Shown here: positions 16,708 to 31,335 of the stretch, one piece after another
Layout of the letters: each line of letters opens with the position of its first letter
Position numbering within the stretch: position 1 is the first letter of the stretch
Origin: the human T2T-CHM13v2.0 reference genome, Homo sapiens
Assembly (NCBI RefSeq): GCF_009914755.1
Contig: NC_060925.1
Length of the DNA: 64,000 nucleotides
Direction: 5' to 3' (one strand)
The notes under the pieces: generated by a model
What the model saw: only the letters and a program-made list of their open reading frames with translations
Databases searched by the model: none
What the model was told of the DNA's origin: nothing
Position numbers and translations under genes: made by a program

Positions 16708-19409
16708 CTGTAAAACAGAACAAAGGAGGCAAAAGATGGCATTAAGTGAAAATCACGAGTTAAAATGAGAGGAAATTTTTGTATGTTTCCATATTCCTTG
16801 TGGGTAACACAAATAGCTAGTGTGCAAGGTGGTTGGAGGCTAGTTCTTCAGTACCGAGAGTCCCAGGGAAGCCACAGAATTAGAATGAGAACTTGTTTAT
16901 TCTTTCTCCACAGCACTTGGTGCTACGAGGTCAATAGCAGTGGAAAACAGAGCATAATTTCCTTTGTATAATTTTCAGAGTATAATTTTCTTTCAACATA
17001 AGTTGAAAAAATACATTTGTTTTTGTTGGGGAACTCTGACAACATTTTAAAGCTCCAGTTCCTTTTCACATAGACATGTACAGCTAGACACAGGAACATG
17101 ACTTTGAGATAAATTGTAGATTTTACCCTTGTTGGATTTGTTTGAGAAAGATGTATATAAATGAATCAGAAGAAAAGATAAGGGACATAACCTAGGTTTT
17201 ACAGTTTTGGGAAAACAAGAATTAGTGTCCTTTATTCATTCCATCAACATCTTTATGTGGGATAAAGACAGGGAAATAAAAATGGGGGAGAAAACATATG
17301 AACATCTAGGAAAAGAGAGGATTGTTAACATGAGATTCACTTTCTGCAGAAGTCCAGGTGAAATGAACCTATAAAATACCTTGAGTTCTGAGGGTAAGAA
17401 GATATCTTATGGCATTCACTCTCTCAGTCCCTAGTGTATTCTCTCTCTCTCTCTCTCTCCCTCTGTCCATAGACTTCAATATAAAACCACTGCCCTCTAG
17501 ACATTTCCCTTTGTGTACCACACAGACACCTCAGGACCCCAGCAAATCCAAACCTGATCTATCCCTTCACTACCAGATAGCCTCCTCTTCCTCTATCCAC
17601 TTAAAGGCACAAGTGTATTCCCTATTTTCCCTACCAAAAGTTGGGACCCCTTCTTAACTAATTCCACTTTCTCATCCTCCTAATCTACTTGTTGGAAGAT
17701 AATTCTGGCATTTCTTCAGAAATGGGTAAAAGAGATTGATAGAATTGTTAAGGATGTTTCCAAAACTATTTTGGAAAGAATGTATGTATGTCTACATTTA
17801 AGGCTAATAAGCGTGAGCCTTTCTACTCTAGACATTCCAGGGTCCTAAAAAATAATGTCTAAGAGTGACATCAGCAAAAATGGTGGATTAGGAACTGTCC
17901 AGGGCCATCCCTTCCCAAAGCAAAAACAAAAATTATCTGGCAAAAACTGTTATAGTCAACTTTAGCAGATTTCTGGAAGACAGTTAATTGTTTACAGCAA
18001 CCAGGTGCACACTTAATCAGAAGAAAGGCCACTGAAAAAGGATAGAAAAGATTGGTGGCATTGCAATTTAGCTTTGCCCCACATCCCTCTCCAGTACCAT
18101 GGCAATCTTGAAGATGGCAGCCTGCATTCTCAGTGGGTTCTGATTCCTGGATCCTAGAGAAAGCAGAGTGGTCCTTGTTCTCAAGGAATTTTGTTTGTTT
18201 TGACTTCTGTGTGGGTTTTCTGAAGGAGAGGGGCTTTCCTATGTTTTACCTAACTCAGAATTCTCTCAGGGCAGGGAAGTGTTCCTCAAAAACATTGAGA
18301 GGCAAAAGAACTAGCACTGATTCCTGGGACAAAAAAGAACAATTGAGGCAATAATAAACACACCAAAATCTAGAAGGAAAAGCTGGGAATGAGAATTTTG
18401 TTTTGGAATCAATGCTTTAAAAAGTTCTCACATATAACAGGGAACCTACACATACCCAGGGTAGGATGCATGGTTGGAAAAGACCTGATAAGACCACAGG
18501 CTTTCAACTTTGACTAGTCCTTACACAAAGTGCAAGAAGAAAGAGAAAGCTAAGGCAAACTTGTAAATGCCCCGATTAAATATTAGAGGTGTGCCCCAAC
18601 CCAGAACCAACCAGGAAAGACCTGGAGAGTATTTTTATTTTCTTTCCTACCTTTTTTTCTTTTATTCCTTTTTTTCTTACATAACATTTAAAATGTTCAG
18701 TTTTAAACAAAAAAATTACAAATCATGTAAAAGAAACAAGGAAGTATGGCCTATGCACAGGAAAAAGAAATGAAAAGAAAATGTTATTGAGGAAGCATAG
18801 ACGTTGGACTTACTAGACAACTTTAAATCAACTGTCTTCAATATGCTCAAAGACCTACAATAAACCATGGCCAAAGATGAAACAAAACCAAAATACTCAT
18901 GTATGAACAAATAGAGAATATTAACAAAGACATATAAGTTGTAAACAGAAACAAATAAAGTTCTAGAACTGGAGTATACAGTAACTGAAATAAAAAGTTC
19001 CTAAGGTTTCAACAGTTGATTTGAGCAGGCAGAGAAAAAATTATCAAAGTTGGAGTTAGGTCAATTGAGATTCTTGAATCTGAGGAGCAGAAATAGGAAA
19101 CAGAATGAAAAAATGAATGGTCCTAAGAGACCTGTGAGACACCATCAAGCATACTAACATATGCATAATTGGAGTCCCAGAAGAGCAAAGAGAGAAAACT
19201 AAGTTGAAGAAATAATGGTTAAAAATTTCCCATAGGTTTAAGGTATTAATTTTAATCCCATGTTAATCACTATGAAAATAACTGAAAATATACAGAAAAG
19301 GAAATGAGAAGAGTAACATAAAAATGTTACCATACCAAAAACCAAAAATCAATTAAACACCAAAGTAGGCAGTAATGGAGGAAGTGAGGAACATAAAATA
19401 TATATGACA

Positions 19410-19709
19410 GGCTGAGCACAGTGGGTCACACCTGTAGTCTCAGCACTTTGGGAGACTGAGGGGGAAGCATTGTTCGAAGCCAGGAGTTTGAGACCAGCCT
19501 GGACAACATAGTGAGACCCTTGTCTATACAAAAGAAAAAATTAGCCAGGCATAGTGGTGCAGGCCTATAGTTACAACTGCTCAGGAGGCTGAAGTGGGAG
19601 GATTACTTGGGCCCAGGAGCTAGAGGATGCAGTGAGCTATGATGACACCACTGGACCCTACCCTAGGTGACAGAGCAAGACCCTGTCTCTAAAAAAAAAA
19701 AAAAAAAAA
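19410..19709 (+). mobile_element. Alu (AluJ-like)
   Basis: Dimeric Alu with an A19 tail. Confidence 0.9.
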
Positions 19710-20946
19710 GACATATAAAAAACAAACAGTGAAATGTTAGAAATAAGTCCTTCCTTATCAGTAATTATTTTAAATGTAAATGGATTAAACTTCAATTAAA
19801 AGGCAGAGACTGGCAGAATGGACTAAAAAAATGGGATCCATTAATATGCTGCTTACAAGAGACTCACTTTAGATCTGAAGAAACAAAGAGGTTAAAAGTA
19901 AAAGGGTAGAAAAGGTATTCTATGCAAACAGTAAGGAAAAGAGAGCTGGGTGATTATCAGTTAACTATACTTTAAAATATTGTGACACAAAGAAAGACAT
20001 TATATATTGTTAAGGGGTCAATCCATCAAGAAGATATAACAGTTATAATATATAAATATATACCTAACAATAGAACCCCACAGTATATGAGGCAAAAGCT
20101 GACAGCTTTGAAGGGAGAAATAGACAGTTCTAAAATTATAATTGGAGAATTCACTACATCCCTTTCAATAATGGACAGAACAATGATACAAAAAATTAAT
20201 AAGGAAATAGAGAACTTGAACAACACTATAATTATGCCAAACAGACATGTTCTAAAAGCTCCACCTAACAACAGCAGATTACATGTTCTTCTCAAGTACA
20301 CATGGGTCATTCTTTAGCATAGATCATATGGTAAGTCACAAAAAGAGTCTCAATAAATTTAAAAAGATTGAAATCATACAAAAATACCTCTCCATAGAAT
20401 AAAACTAGAAATCAATATCAGAAGTAAAACGGGAAAATTCACAAAACATGAATATTAAACAAGACATTCTTAAACAACCAAAGGGACAAGGAATAAATCA
20501 TAAAAGACATTAGAAAATATTTTGAGGCAAATGAAAATGAAAACAACTTACCCAATGTTATGGGATTCAGCAAAAGCAGTGCTTAATGAGATTTTTATAG
20601 CTTAAATGTCTTCATTAAAAAATAAATTCCTTAAATCAATAACCTAACTGTACACTTTAATGAACTGGAAAAAGAAGGGCAAATGAAACCCAAAGCTACT
20701 GAAGGAAGGAAATGATAAAGATTAGAGCTGAGGTAAATAAAATAAAAACAGGAAAAACAATAGAAAAAAATTAACAAACAAAAAGTTATTTCTTTGAGAA
20801 GATTAACAAAATTGACAAAACTTTAATTAGATGAACTATGAAGAAAAGTGAGAAGAATCAAGTTACTACAATCAGAAGTGAAAGTGGGAACGTTACTATC
20901 AACTTATTATTACAGATAATAAAAGGATTATAAGAGGACACTATGG

Positions 20947-22243
20947 ACTACTCCCTTGGACTCCGTGGTGGTCTGTTAGTGGGAGATCCTTGTTGCTGTC
21001 CCTTCACCTCCTTCAGCCTTGCAGAACCTTACAGGTCCCTGTCATAGGTGAGTGCATCTCCATGTTGGCTAGGCTGATGTCCAGATTGGCAGTTCCTGCT
21101 AGGATCTCTACTGCCTGGAACATGGCCTCTAGCCTGATGGCAAGGCCAAGAGACAAGACTAGTGTGGGAGGAAATAACTCCTTCAATACCTTCTTCAGTG
21201 AGACAGGTGCTGCCAACCATGTGACTAGGTCAGTATTTGTAGATGTTGAACCCAGGGTCATTGACAAAGTTCACACTGGCACCTACTTCCAGCTCTTCCA
21301 CCCTGGGCAGCTCATCACAAGCAAGGAAGATGCTGCCTATAACTATACTTGAGGGCACTTTTGCATAGGAAAGGGGATTATATTGACCTCATCTTGGACT
21401 GAATTTGCAAGCTGGTTGACTAGTGCACAGGTCTTCAGAACTTCTTGGTTTTTTACTGCTTTGGTGAGGGGACTTGTTCTGGGTTCACTTCTCTGCTGGT
21501 GGAATGTTCTTTCTGTTGATTATGGCAAGAAGTCCAAGTTGGAGTTCTCCGCATACCCAACCCCCCATATTTCCACAGCTATAGTTGTATAGCTCTATCT
21601 TCATCTCCCATACCACCCTGTAGCACTCTGATTGTGCCTTCATGGTAGACAATGAGGCCATCTATGACATCTGTGGAGAAACCTCAATATTGAATGCCCA
21701 ACCTATACTAGCCTTAACTGCCTTATTAGCCAGATTGTGTCCTCCATCATTGCTTCCCTCAGATTTGATGGAGCCCTGAAAGTTAATCTGACAGAAGTCT
21801 AGACCAAAATGGTGCCCTGTCTCTGCATCCACTTCCCTCTGGCCACATATTCCCCCACCATCTCTGCTGAGAAAGCCTATCACGAACAGCTTGTTGTAGC
21901 AGAGATCACCAGTGCTTGCTTTTAGCCAGCCAACCAGATAGTGAAATGTGACTCTTGCCATGGTAAATACATGGCTTGCTGCCTGTTGTACCATGGGGAC
22001 ATGGTCCCCAAAGATGTCAATGCTGCCATCACCACCATCAAGACCAAGCCTACCATCCAGTTTGTGGATTGGCATCCCATTGGCTTTAAGGTTGGTATTA
22101 ATTACCAGCCCCCCAGTGAGGTACCTGGTGGAGACCTGGTCAAGGTATAGAGACCTGTGTGCATGCTGAGCAACACCACAGCAGTTGCTGAGGCCTGGGC
22201 TTGCCTGGACCACAAGTTTGACCTGATGTATGATAAGCCTGCC
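20947..22243 (+). pseudogene. Alpha-tubulin processed pseudogene (TUBA1C-like 5'UTR; probably TUBAP9), 3'-truncated, antisense in CYP4Z2P intron 2
   Basis: Intronless; decayed start ATA GGT GAG TGC ATC TCC (MRECIS) at 21044; [70 protein letters not shown]; several stops and frameshifts. Confidence 0.93.
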
Positions 22244-22520
22244 AAAGCTGGAGAACTCATACACCTTGATTTGAAACTTACTGCAAAGCTATAGTCACCA
22301 AAACAATGTGGTACTGCCATTAAGTGTAGATATCAGAGTCCAAAAATAAACCCATACATCTGTTGTCAATTCATTTTCAACAAGGATGCAAATACCATTC
22401 AATGGGGAGAATGGTCTCTTCAAGAAATGGTGCTGGGAAAACTAAATACCTGTGGGCACAATAATTAAGTGTACCTTTATCTCACTCTATATACAAAAAT
22501 TAACTAAAAATGTACCAAAG

Positions 22521-22920
22521 GGGGAAAAAAAACAATGAAATCACATCATTGCAGCAACATGGATGCAGGTGCAGGACATTACCCTAAGTGAATTAATGTA
22601 GGAACAGAAAACCAGATACTTCATGATCTCACTTTTAAGTAGGAGTTAAACATTCAGTACTCATGGACATAAAGATGGCGACAATAGACACTCTGGACTA
22701 CTGGGGTGGGGGAGGAAGGAAAGGGGACAAGGATTGAAAAACTAATTGTTGGGTACTGTGCTCAGCACCTGGGTGATGGCATCATTTATACCCCAAACTT
22801 CACAGTATCATGCAGTATACCCAGGTAAGAAGCCTGCACATGTACCTCTTAATCTAAAATAAAAGATAAATAAATAAATAAACAAATGCCCCTACTTTAG
22901 GCTTCTTTTACCCAAAAAAA
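22521..22920 (+). mobile_element. Nested L1PA/PB 3'-end insertion
   Basis: gcagcaacatggatgcag...cctgcacatgtacctcttaatctaaaataaaa tail; approximate TSD aaaaatgtaccaaag / aaaaaaggactaaag. Confidence 0.75.
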
Positions 22921-23380
22921 GGACTAAAGACCTATGTATAAGAGTCAAAACTATAAAACTCTTAGAAGAAAAAATAGGGGAGGGTCTTCATGAATTTGGA
23001 CTGGGCAATGGTTTCTTAAAAATGATAGTAAAAGCACAGGCCACAAAAGGAAAAATAAATAAGTTAGATTTCATAAAAATGAAAAGCTTTTGTGTATCAA
23101 GGGCCACTAAAAGGGTTAAAAGACAAACCACAAAATAATAGAAAATGTTCGCAGATCATATATCTGATAAAAAAACTTGTGTACTATATATATTTAAAAA
23201 CTATTACAACTGAACAATAAAAAGACAGCCCAATTAATCACGGGCAAAGGACTTGAATAGACATCTCCAAAGATAAACAATGGGCCAGCAAACAAATAAG
23301 ATGATATTCAGCATCAATGGGCAAACAATAAGATGATATTCAGTCATTAGGGAAATGCAAATTAAAATAAAATTTGTCTT

Positions 23381-23598
23381 GGCCTGGTGCGTTGGCTCAT
23401 GCCTGTAATCTCAGCACTTTGGGAGGCTGAGGCGGGTGGATTACTTGTCAGTAGTTTGAGACCAGCCTGGCCAACATGGTGAAACCCCATCTCTACTAAA
23501 AATACAAAATTAGTCAGGTTTGGTAGTGCACGCCTGTAGTCCCAGCTACCTGGGAGACTGAGGCAGGAGAATCACTTGAACCCAGGAGGCACAGGTTG
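23381..23598 (+). mobile_element. Alu (AluS-like), 3' end deleted
   Basis: Alu sequence stops abruptly at ggaggcacaggttg; no 3' end or poly(A). Confidence 0.88.
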
Positions 23599-25054
23599 CT
23601 TTTAGTGGCCCTTGACACACAAAAGCTTTTCATTTTTATGAAATCAGCATTATGCATAATGGCCAAAAGTTGAAACAATTCAAAGGTCTATTAACAGATG
23701 AATGCATAAACAAAATGTGGTATATTCATACAGTAGAATATAATTCATGAAAAGAAACAATGCTACAAAATGTATGAATCTTGAAAACATTATGCTAAGT
23801 GAAAAAAGCAAAATGCAAAGGGTCACATATTGTGTGATTCCATTTATATGAAAAATCCAGAATAAGTAAATTCATAGAGACAAAAATGCAGATTAGTAGT
23901 TGCCAGTGACTGGGGCAAGGGAGGAATGGGGAATAACTGCTTAAAATGGGTATGAGGTTTCTGTCTGGACTGATGAAAAATTCTGGAACTAGACAGAGAT
24001 GATAGGTGGATAGCACTGTGAATATACTTAGTGTCCCTGAATTGGATCTTTAAAACGGTTAAATGGCAAACCTTATGTGTATTTTGTCACACACATAAAA
24101 GTCAATGCCTATTTCTAGGGGTGAGGAAGAGCATTTTTGGCAATAGCCCCTATATATGGTCAGGATCTTGTCGTGTCTGAATTCCTCAAATGTAACACAG
24201 ACCCTGGTGTGCACAGTACTAACCTGAGTTCCTCTCCATTGCCCCTATAGGACTTAGGGAGATAGTGGGGCCGATGTTAATGTGAAGCTCATGATACCTA
24301 TTATGCCATGAGTAATAAACAGTCTAAATCCATTCAGGCCCGCTGGCTTTTTGCTGACTGAATTTATGAATGTGCAGTGAACCAGCTAAGTAGCTTAGGG
24401 ACTGCTTGACAGCTTGATACCCCCATGTCAAAAATATTGGTACATTCATTAGTATCTCTTGAATTCATACAATTATTTCCACCTCCACCCCTCTACCTTT
24501 GTCCAGGCCTCCATCATCTGTCCTTTGGACAGTGCAGCAGGATAAGGTGGATTCCTGGTCTCCAGCCTTGATTCCCTCCAGCCATTCATCATACAGCTGT
24601 CTGAGTGATGTTTCAAAACACACAGATATTCACAGTACTTCTCTCCTTTGATGCTCACCATTACTCAGCCTACAAAGTTCTGAATGACTGGGCCCATGTC
24701 TACCAGCCTCTTCTCTTGCTTTGTCTCCTTCTCCATATCTGGGACAATTTGGCCATCAAAAAAGATGATGATAATGAAATTCAATACACTGATTTCTTAA
24801 CAATCCATGAATCCTTACTGGTATGCAGAAAGAGAAACAGAGGGACAGAAAGTGAGACAGTGAGAGAAAGGCAGATGGGGGTGGGGAGAGGAGGAAAGTT
24901 CCTCATTATAGATAGGGAAAGCTGAAAAATGGAGAAGAAATAGAAAATCCCTATTTTTTTAACCTCTATTAACTCAGATAAAACTTATGCATAAAAAGTT
25001 GTTTGGCTCTGGCTATCTATCTATCTATCTATCTATCATCCATCCATCTATGAG

Positions 25055-26757
<1,703 letters not shown>

Positions 26758-28255
26758 AAGCACATATGGGAATATGATATCAATTAATGACACTAGAGAA
26801 GGGTACAATGGGTGTTCAAAATTTCTCTTGTAGGGTTGAAAATTTTCAAAATAAAAAGCTGGGGATAAGATGATTTGGGTGGGTCTGGCCAGAAATAATA
26901 AGAGCAGGATTCTCAGCTCTCCTTTTTTGGCCACTGTGCTTCTGCAGTGGGACTCAAAAAGAAGTACTAATGTGTGGCAGATAAATAACTTAACATCCCA
27001 TACTCTGTATATTATTCTGCTCTTTTCTCATGTAACTGTACAGTTATCACACTTCAAGGCATAAAATTATCCTTTTCTCTGAGGAGGAGACAATTTTAGG
27101 CACCAGCAGGGAATACAAACCAAAGGAAAAGAAAACAAAACAGTAAGAGAAAAAAAGCAAGAGAGGGAGAGAAATTCTTGGCTTCTCTGGGAAGGAGCTA
27201 AGGTTGTGAGTTGAAGACAATGGGGACTGAAGAAAATATGAACAGGAAGGATGGCTTTCCCTGTATGGCCTGCCCAGATGCCCTTACAACCAACCACAAA
27301 AAAAGAAAAACAGCCAAAAACTAAGGCTCCCTCCTCAAGGGAGTGAACACACTGAAGAGAGAATTTGTAGATAAAGAAGAGAAAATAACTCCAAAGGAGA
27401 AACAATCACTTTCCTCTTTCATCCCTTTTGGGCAAAGGTCCAAAGGTGAGAGCAGAGCATAAAGGGGAGCAGAGTAAAGTTTGAAACTGGATAGCCAGAC
27501 ATTTCTTGCACCGTTACCAGGAAGAAAGCTGAGATGGTGATTCTGGCAGAGTGCCCTGTGAAATGAGAGAGCCACAGGCTGCTTGAAATTTTGCAGAAGC
27601 ACCAAGAGTGGTATGGAGGCATTTTATAACTGAGTAACTCATGTAGGTAGCTGGGAGAGTGAGGCGAAGGCCAGCCTTATATGCCAACAGGCAGTTGAGG
27701 AAAGCCCAGTGGGGGAATCCTACACACATCTTGCCACAGCCAAGAAGCAGCTCTGCAATTCCACGGAATTCCGACACTAGGGACCAGATGGAGAACTGGT
27801 GTCCACTTGCCAGAGCCTCCACCTGGCACTGGCCATTCCCAGAGGACAGGCATGATTAGTAGGCAAAGCATCTATGGGGAACACTCATCTCTGTGCAGCA
27901 CTGGCGTTAAGCCAATTGTAAGCAAACCACCACTGCATGCCCAACCCACTGTATGTTCACAGTGGTGGTAAGTGGTAGTCCTGGGGGTCTGAGGTAAGTA
28001 AATGTGATGGAAGCATCAGAAAAAATTTGTCATGTAGGGAGAGAAGATTGCTTGGAAATGGATCAGAGAATCCTCTACAACAACCCTCAATAGAGTCCTG
28101 ACTATGATGTTGAGGAGGACATGGAATCTTCCCTTCAACCTATCAAATGTTGGATTTCCCTTAAAAATGCTTCAACCTGTCCTTCCCTAGTGCCACAGAC
28201 ACCCTGAGACCCTCTTTTTTGCTGCTGTGTACTGTGAGCCCCTCTTGGTTTTTAC

Positions 28256-28397
28256 CTTGTCTTTTCAGGAGAATCTTGACATAGTCTGGGTCATGGATAT
28301 TGAAGAACATCGTAAAGGGTCCAACCCACAAGGGAACGGCACATGGGTATTTTTCCATCAGCTCAGGATACACCTCAAACTCTTTTACTGGGTAAGA
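28256..28397 (-). pseudogene. CYP4Z2P: CYP4Z2P exon 2
   Basis: gacag|TCT TAC CCA GTA...AGA CAA G|gtaaaa; SYPVKEFEVYPELMEKYPCAVPLWVGPF...KILLKRQ; 142 nt. Confidence 0.95.
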
Positions 28398-28818
28398 CTG
28401 TCATAAGATAAGTCATGACTGGTTAGTAAAGGTTGTCATCCCAGGAGGATCCCTTTCCCTCAGATGGACCATGTGCTAAATTGAGGGTCTGTGGACACCA
28501 CCCCATCAGACAGGTTCACATCTGCTGACGGCAAGTTTTCTTCTCCATGTGACTCCGGCACCTCCACGGAATCTTCCTGGCCCAGGGCAAGTGCTCAGGA
28601 CCTGTTGCTGAGCGATTGGTCTTCTCACTCCAGCGTCAACTTTGGACATTTAAGTTCAAATCCCAGTTCTGACACTTTTAAATTATCTACGTCATTAGGG
28701 CCATGATTTCCTCACAGAAATATATATTAGGAAAACCAAATATATTTCACAAAGCTGCCATGAAAATTAAGTGAGATTATAAACATAAAATTCCTGGCAC
28801 AAGGTAAACCGTTAGTAA

Positions 28819-29209
<391 letters not shown>

Positions 29210-29389
29210 TCTCACATGCCTTTTACTCCTTTGTGGTTGCTGCTCATCTTTCAACTTTCCTTTCTAATTTGTCAAATGTTTTCCTATTTCCAGCTTCATT
29301 AGAAGCTGTAGCATCTTTGCATATTTCCTGTTAACAATTGGCTTGGTCTATTTCTCTGTAGAACACCCAGAGTCCTGAAAGTAGTAAAG

Positions 29390-29600
29390 ACCTTGGCCTT
29401 GAAGCAGGAGACCAGGGTTCAAGTTTCATTTCTGTCATTTATGAGATGGGTAGCACAGGAAAGTTGCATCTCTATTTTAGGCTTCAGTTTTCTTACCTGT
29501 AAAATAGGAATAACAATATGTTTCCTCCCCTATCATAGAATTTTTGTAAATATCAAATGAGATTGGTGTGAAAGCATTTTGCATATTACATAATGCCCCA
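29390..29600 (+). mobile_element. MIR fossil
   Basis: agaccagggttcaag...ggcttcagttttcttacctgtaaaataggaataaca...aaatgaga...tgtgaaagcatttt. Confidence 0.7.
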
Positions 29601-29673
29601 CCAATATGTGCTGTTTTTTTTAATACCTCATCTTTCTGTTCCTTAACCTCCCCAACTAATTTTCCCCTCTTAC

Positions 29674-29850
29674 CTCCTTGTGGCCATAGAACCAGTGCGC
29701 AGGGGGTGCAGGAAACAGGTGCATGGCTCTGATCGTCCATCTCCTCCTCTGGTACAACCTGATTACCTGAAACAGCAGCAGAGACATGCAGAGTAGGATC
29801 AGCAGCAAGAAGGGGTGAGCCATGAGTTCCTGAAGCCAGGAGGGCTCCAT
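29674..29850 (-). pseudogene. CYP4Z2P: CYP4Z2P exon 1, coding part (N-terminal membrane anchor)
   Basis: ATG GAG CCC TCC TGG; MEPSWLQELMAHPFLLLILLCMSLLLFQVIRLYQRRRWTIRAMHLFPAPPAHWFYGHKE|gtaaga; 177 nt. Confidence 0.96.
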
Positions 29851-30104
29851 TCTTCTCAGAGGTCCTGAGCTCTGGAAAGCCTGAGAGAACTGGGCCAGGG
29901 AGAATGCAGGTCTCTCATAAACCCAAAGGAGATGCCCCCTGGGCAACACTGGGCTTTCAAAATACCATATTAAGAGAGGGTACATAAGGAAGAGGAAGCT
30001 AATTAAGTCTGCAGGGTGAAAACTGCTGAGATGTTGCCCAGCAGTTCCAGATTCCAGAAGAACTAGATTTTCAGATAGGAGCCATGTGCATGACAGCTCA
30101 TACC

Positions 30105-31177
30105 TGTTGCGGGAAGTCAGGGACCCTGAACAGAGGGACTGGCTGGAGCTGAGGCAGAAGAACATAAATTGTGGAGATTTCATGGATATTTATCAGTTCC
30201 CAAAATTAATACTTTTATAATTTCTTATGCCTGTCTTTACTGCAGTCTCTGAACATAAATTGTGAAGATTTCATGGACATTTATCACTTCCCCAATTAAT
30301 ACTCTTATAATTTCTTATGCTTGTCTTTAACCTCTTAATCCTGTTATCTTCATAAGCTGAGAATGTACATCACCTCAGGACCCTCTGATGATTGTGTTAA
30401 CTGTACAAATTGTACAACATGTGTGTTTGAACAATATGAAATCAGTGCATCCTGAAAAAGAACAGAATAATGGCGATTTTCAGGGAACAAGGGAAGATAG
30501 CCCTAAGGTCTGACTGCCTGTGGGGTTGGGCAGAATAGAGCCATATTTTTCTTCTTGCAGAGAGCCTATAGATGGACATGTGAGTAGGAGAAATATCACT
30601 GAATTCTTTTCCCAGCAAGGAATATTAATAATTGATAACCCTGGGGAAGGAATGCATTCCTGGGGGTAGGTCTATAAACGACCACTCTGGGAGGGTCTGC
30701 CTTATGCAGTTGAGATAAGGACTGAAATATGCCCTGGTCTCCTGCAGTACCCTCAGGCTTATAGGATTGGGGAATTCCAGCCTGGTAAATTCTAGTCAGA
30801 CTGGTTGTCTGCTCTCGAATCTTGTTTCTTGTTAAGATGTTTATCAAGACAATGTGTGCACAGTGGGACATAGGCCCTCATCAGTAATTCTAATTTTGCC
30901 TTGCCTTGTGACCTTTATTGCCCTTTGAAGCATGTGATCTTTGTGACTTACTCCCTGTTCGTACACCCCCTCCCCTTTTAAAATCCCTAATGAAAACTTG
31001 CTGGTTTTGTGGCTTGGGGTCACCATCATGGTCCTACCAATATGTGATGACGCTGCCGGAGGCCCAGCTGTAAAATTTCTCTCTTTGTACTCTTTCTCTT
31101 TATTTCTCAGACTGGCCAACACTTAGGGAAAATAGAAAGAACCTACATTGAAATACTGGGGGCTGGTTCCCCTGATA
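30105..31177 (+). mobile_element. 5' LTR (MER11 family)
   Basis: tgttgcgggaagtcagggacc...ggctggttcccctgata; internal duplicated unit starting gaacataaattgtg; TATAAA at 30673-30678. Confidence 0.92.
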
Positions 31178-31335
31178 TCTAGTGTGCCAACATGGTTTTT
31201 CTTTTTCCTAAGTGCATGTGGGAACCCGATTCCCTTTGGTAGGTGCAGAGAAACGTTCGTTGGTTCAGTCCACAGAAACACTTGTTCGGCTCCGTGATGA
31301 TTGGTGAGTCTGTCTGTGTATTGTCTGGGTTAACT

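Larger units (their letters stand above)
17862..24090 (+). mobile_element. Old L1M (L1MB-like) element hosting nested insertions (two Alus, tubulin retrocopy, younger L1 3' end)
   Basis: 5'UTR/ORF1-like 17862-19230; endonuclease remnant 19982..20317 (GSIHQEDIT...IIIGEFTTSLS); ORF2 3' part from 22244; L1MB-type 3' end near 23700-24090. Confidence 0.75.

Noticed and set aside
21662-22264. 200-aa minus-strand ORF
   Set aside because: Antisense shadow of the tubulin pseudogene
27067-27871. Cluster of short overlapping ORFs and a TATA-like catataagg in CYP4Z2P intron 2
   Set aside because: No recognisable protein homology or exon structure; cannot be supported without a search
29851-30104. TATA, glucocorticoid or STAT5 sites in the proximal CYP4Z2P promoter
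   Set aside because: Only half-sites or weak matches (ggtaca, tttatga, ttccagaa); not enough to call
29656-30183. 175-aa ORF suggesting an N-terminally extended CYP4Z2P starting in the LTR
   Set aside because: The true start is MEPSW at 29850, followed by the signal anchor; the upstream part has no recognisable homology and needs an unproven antisense LTR start site
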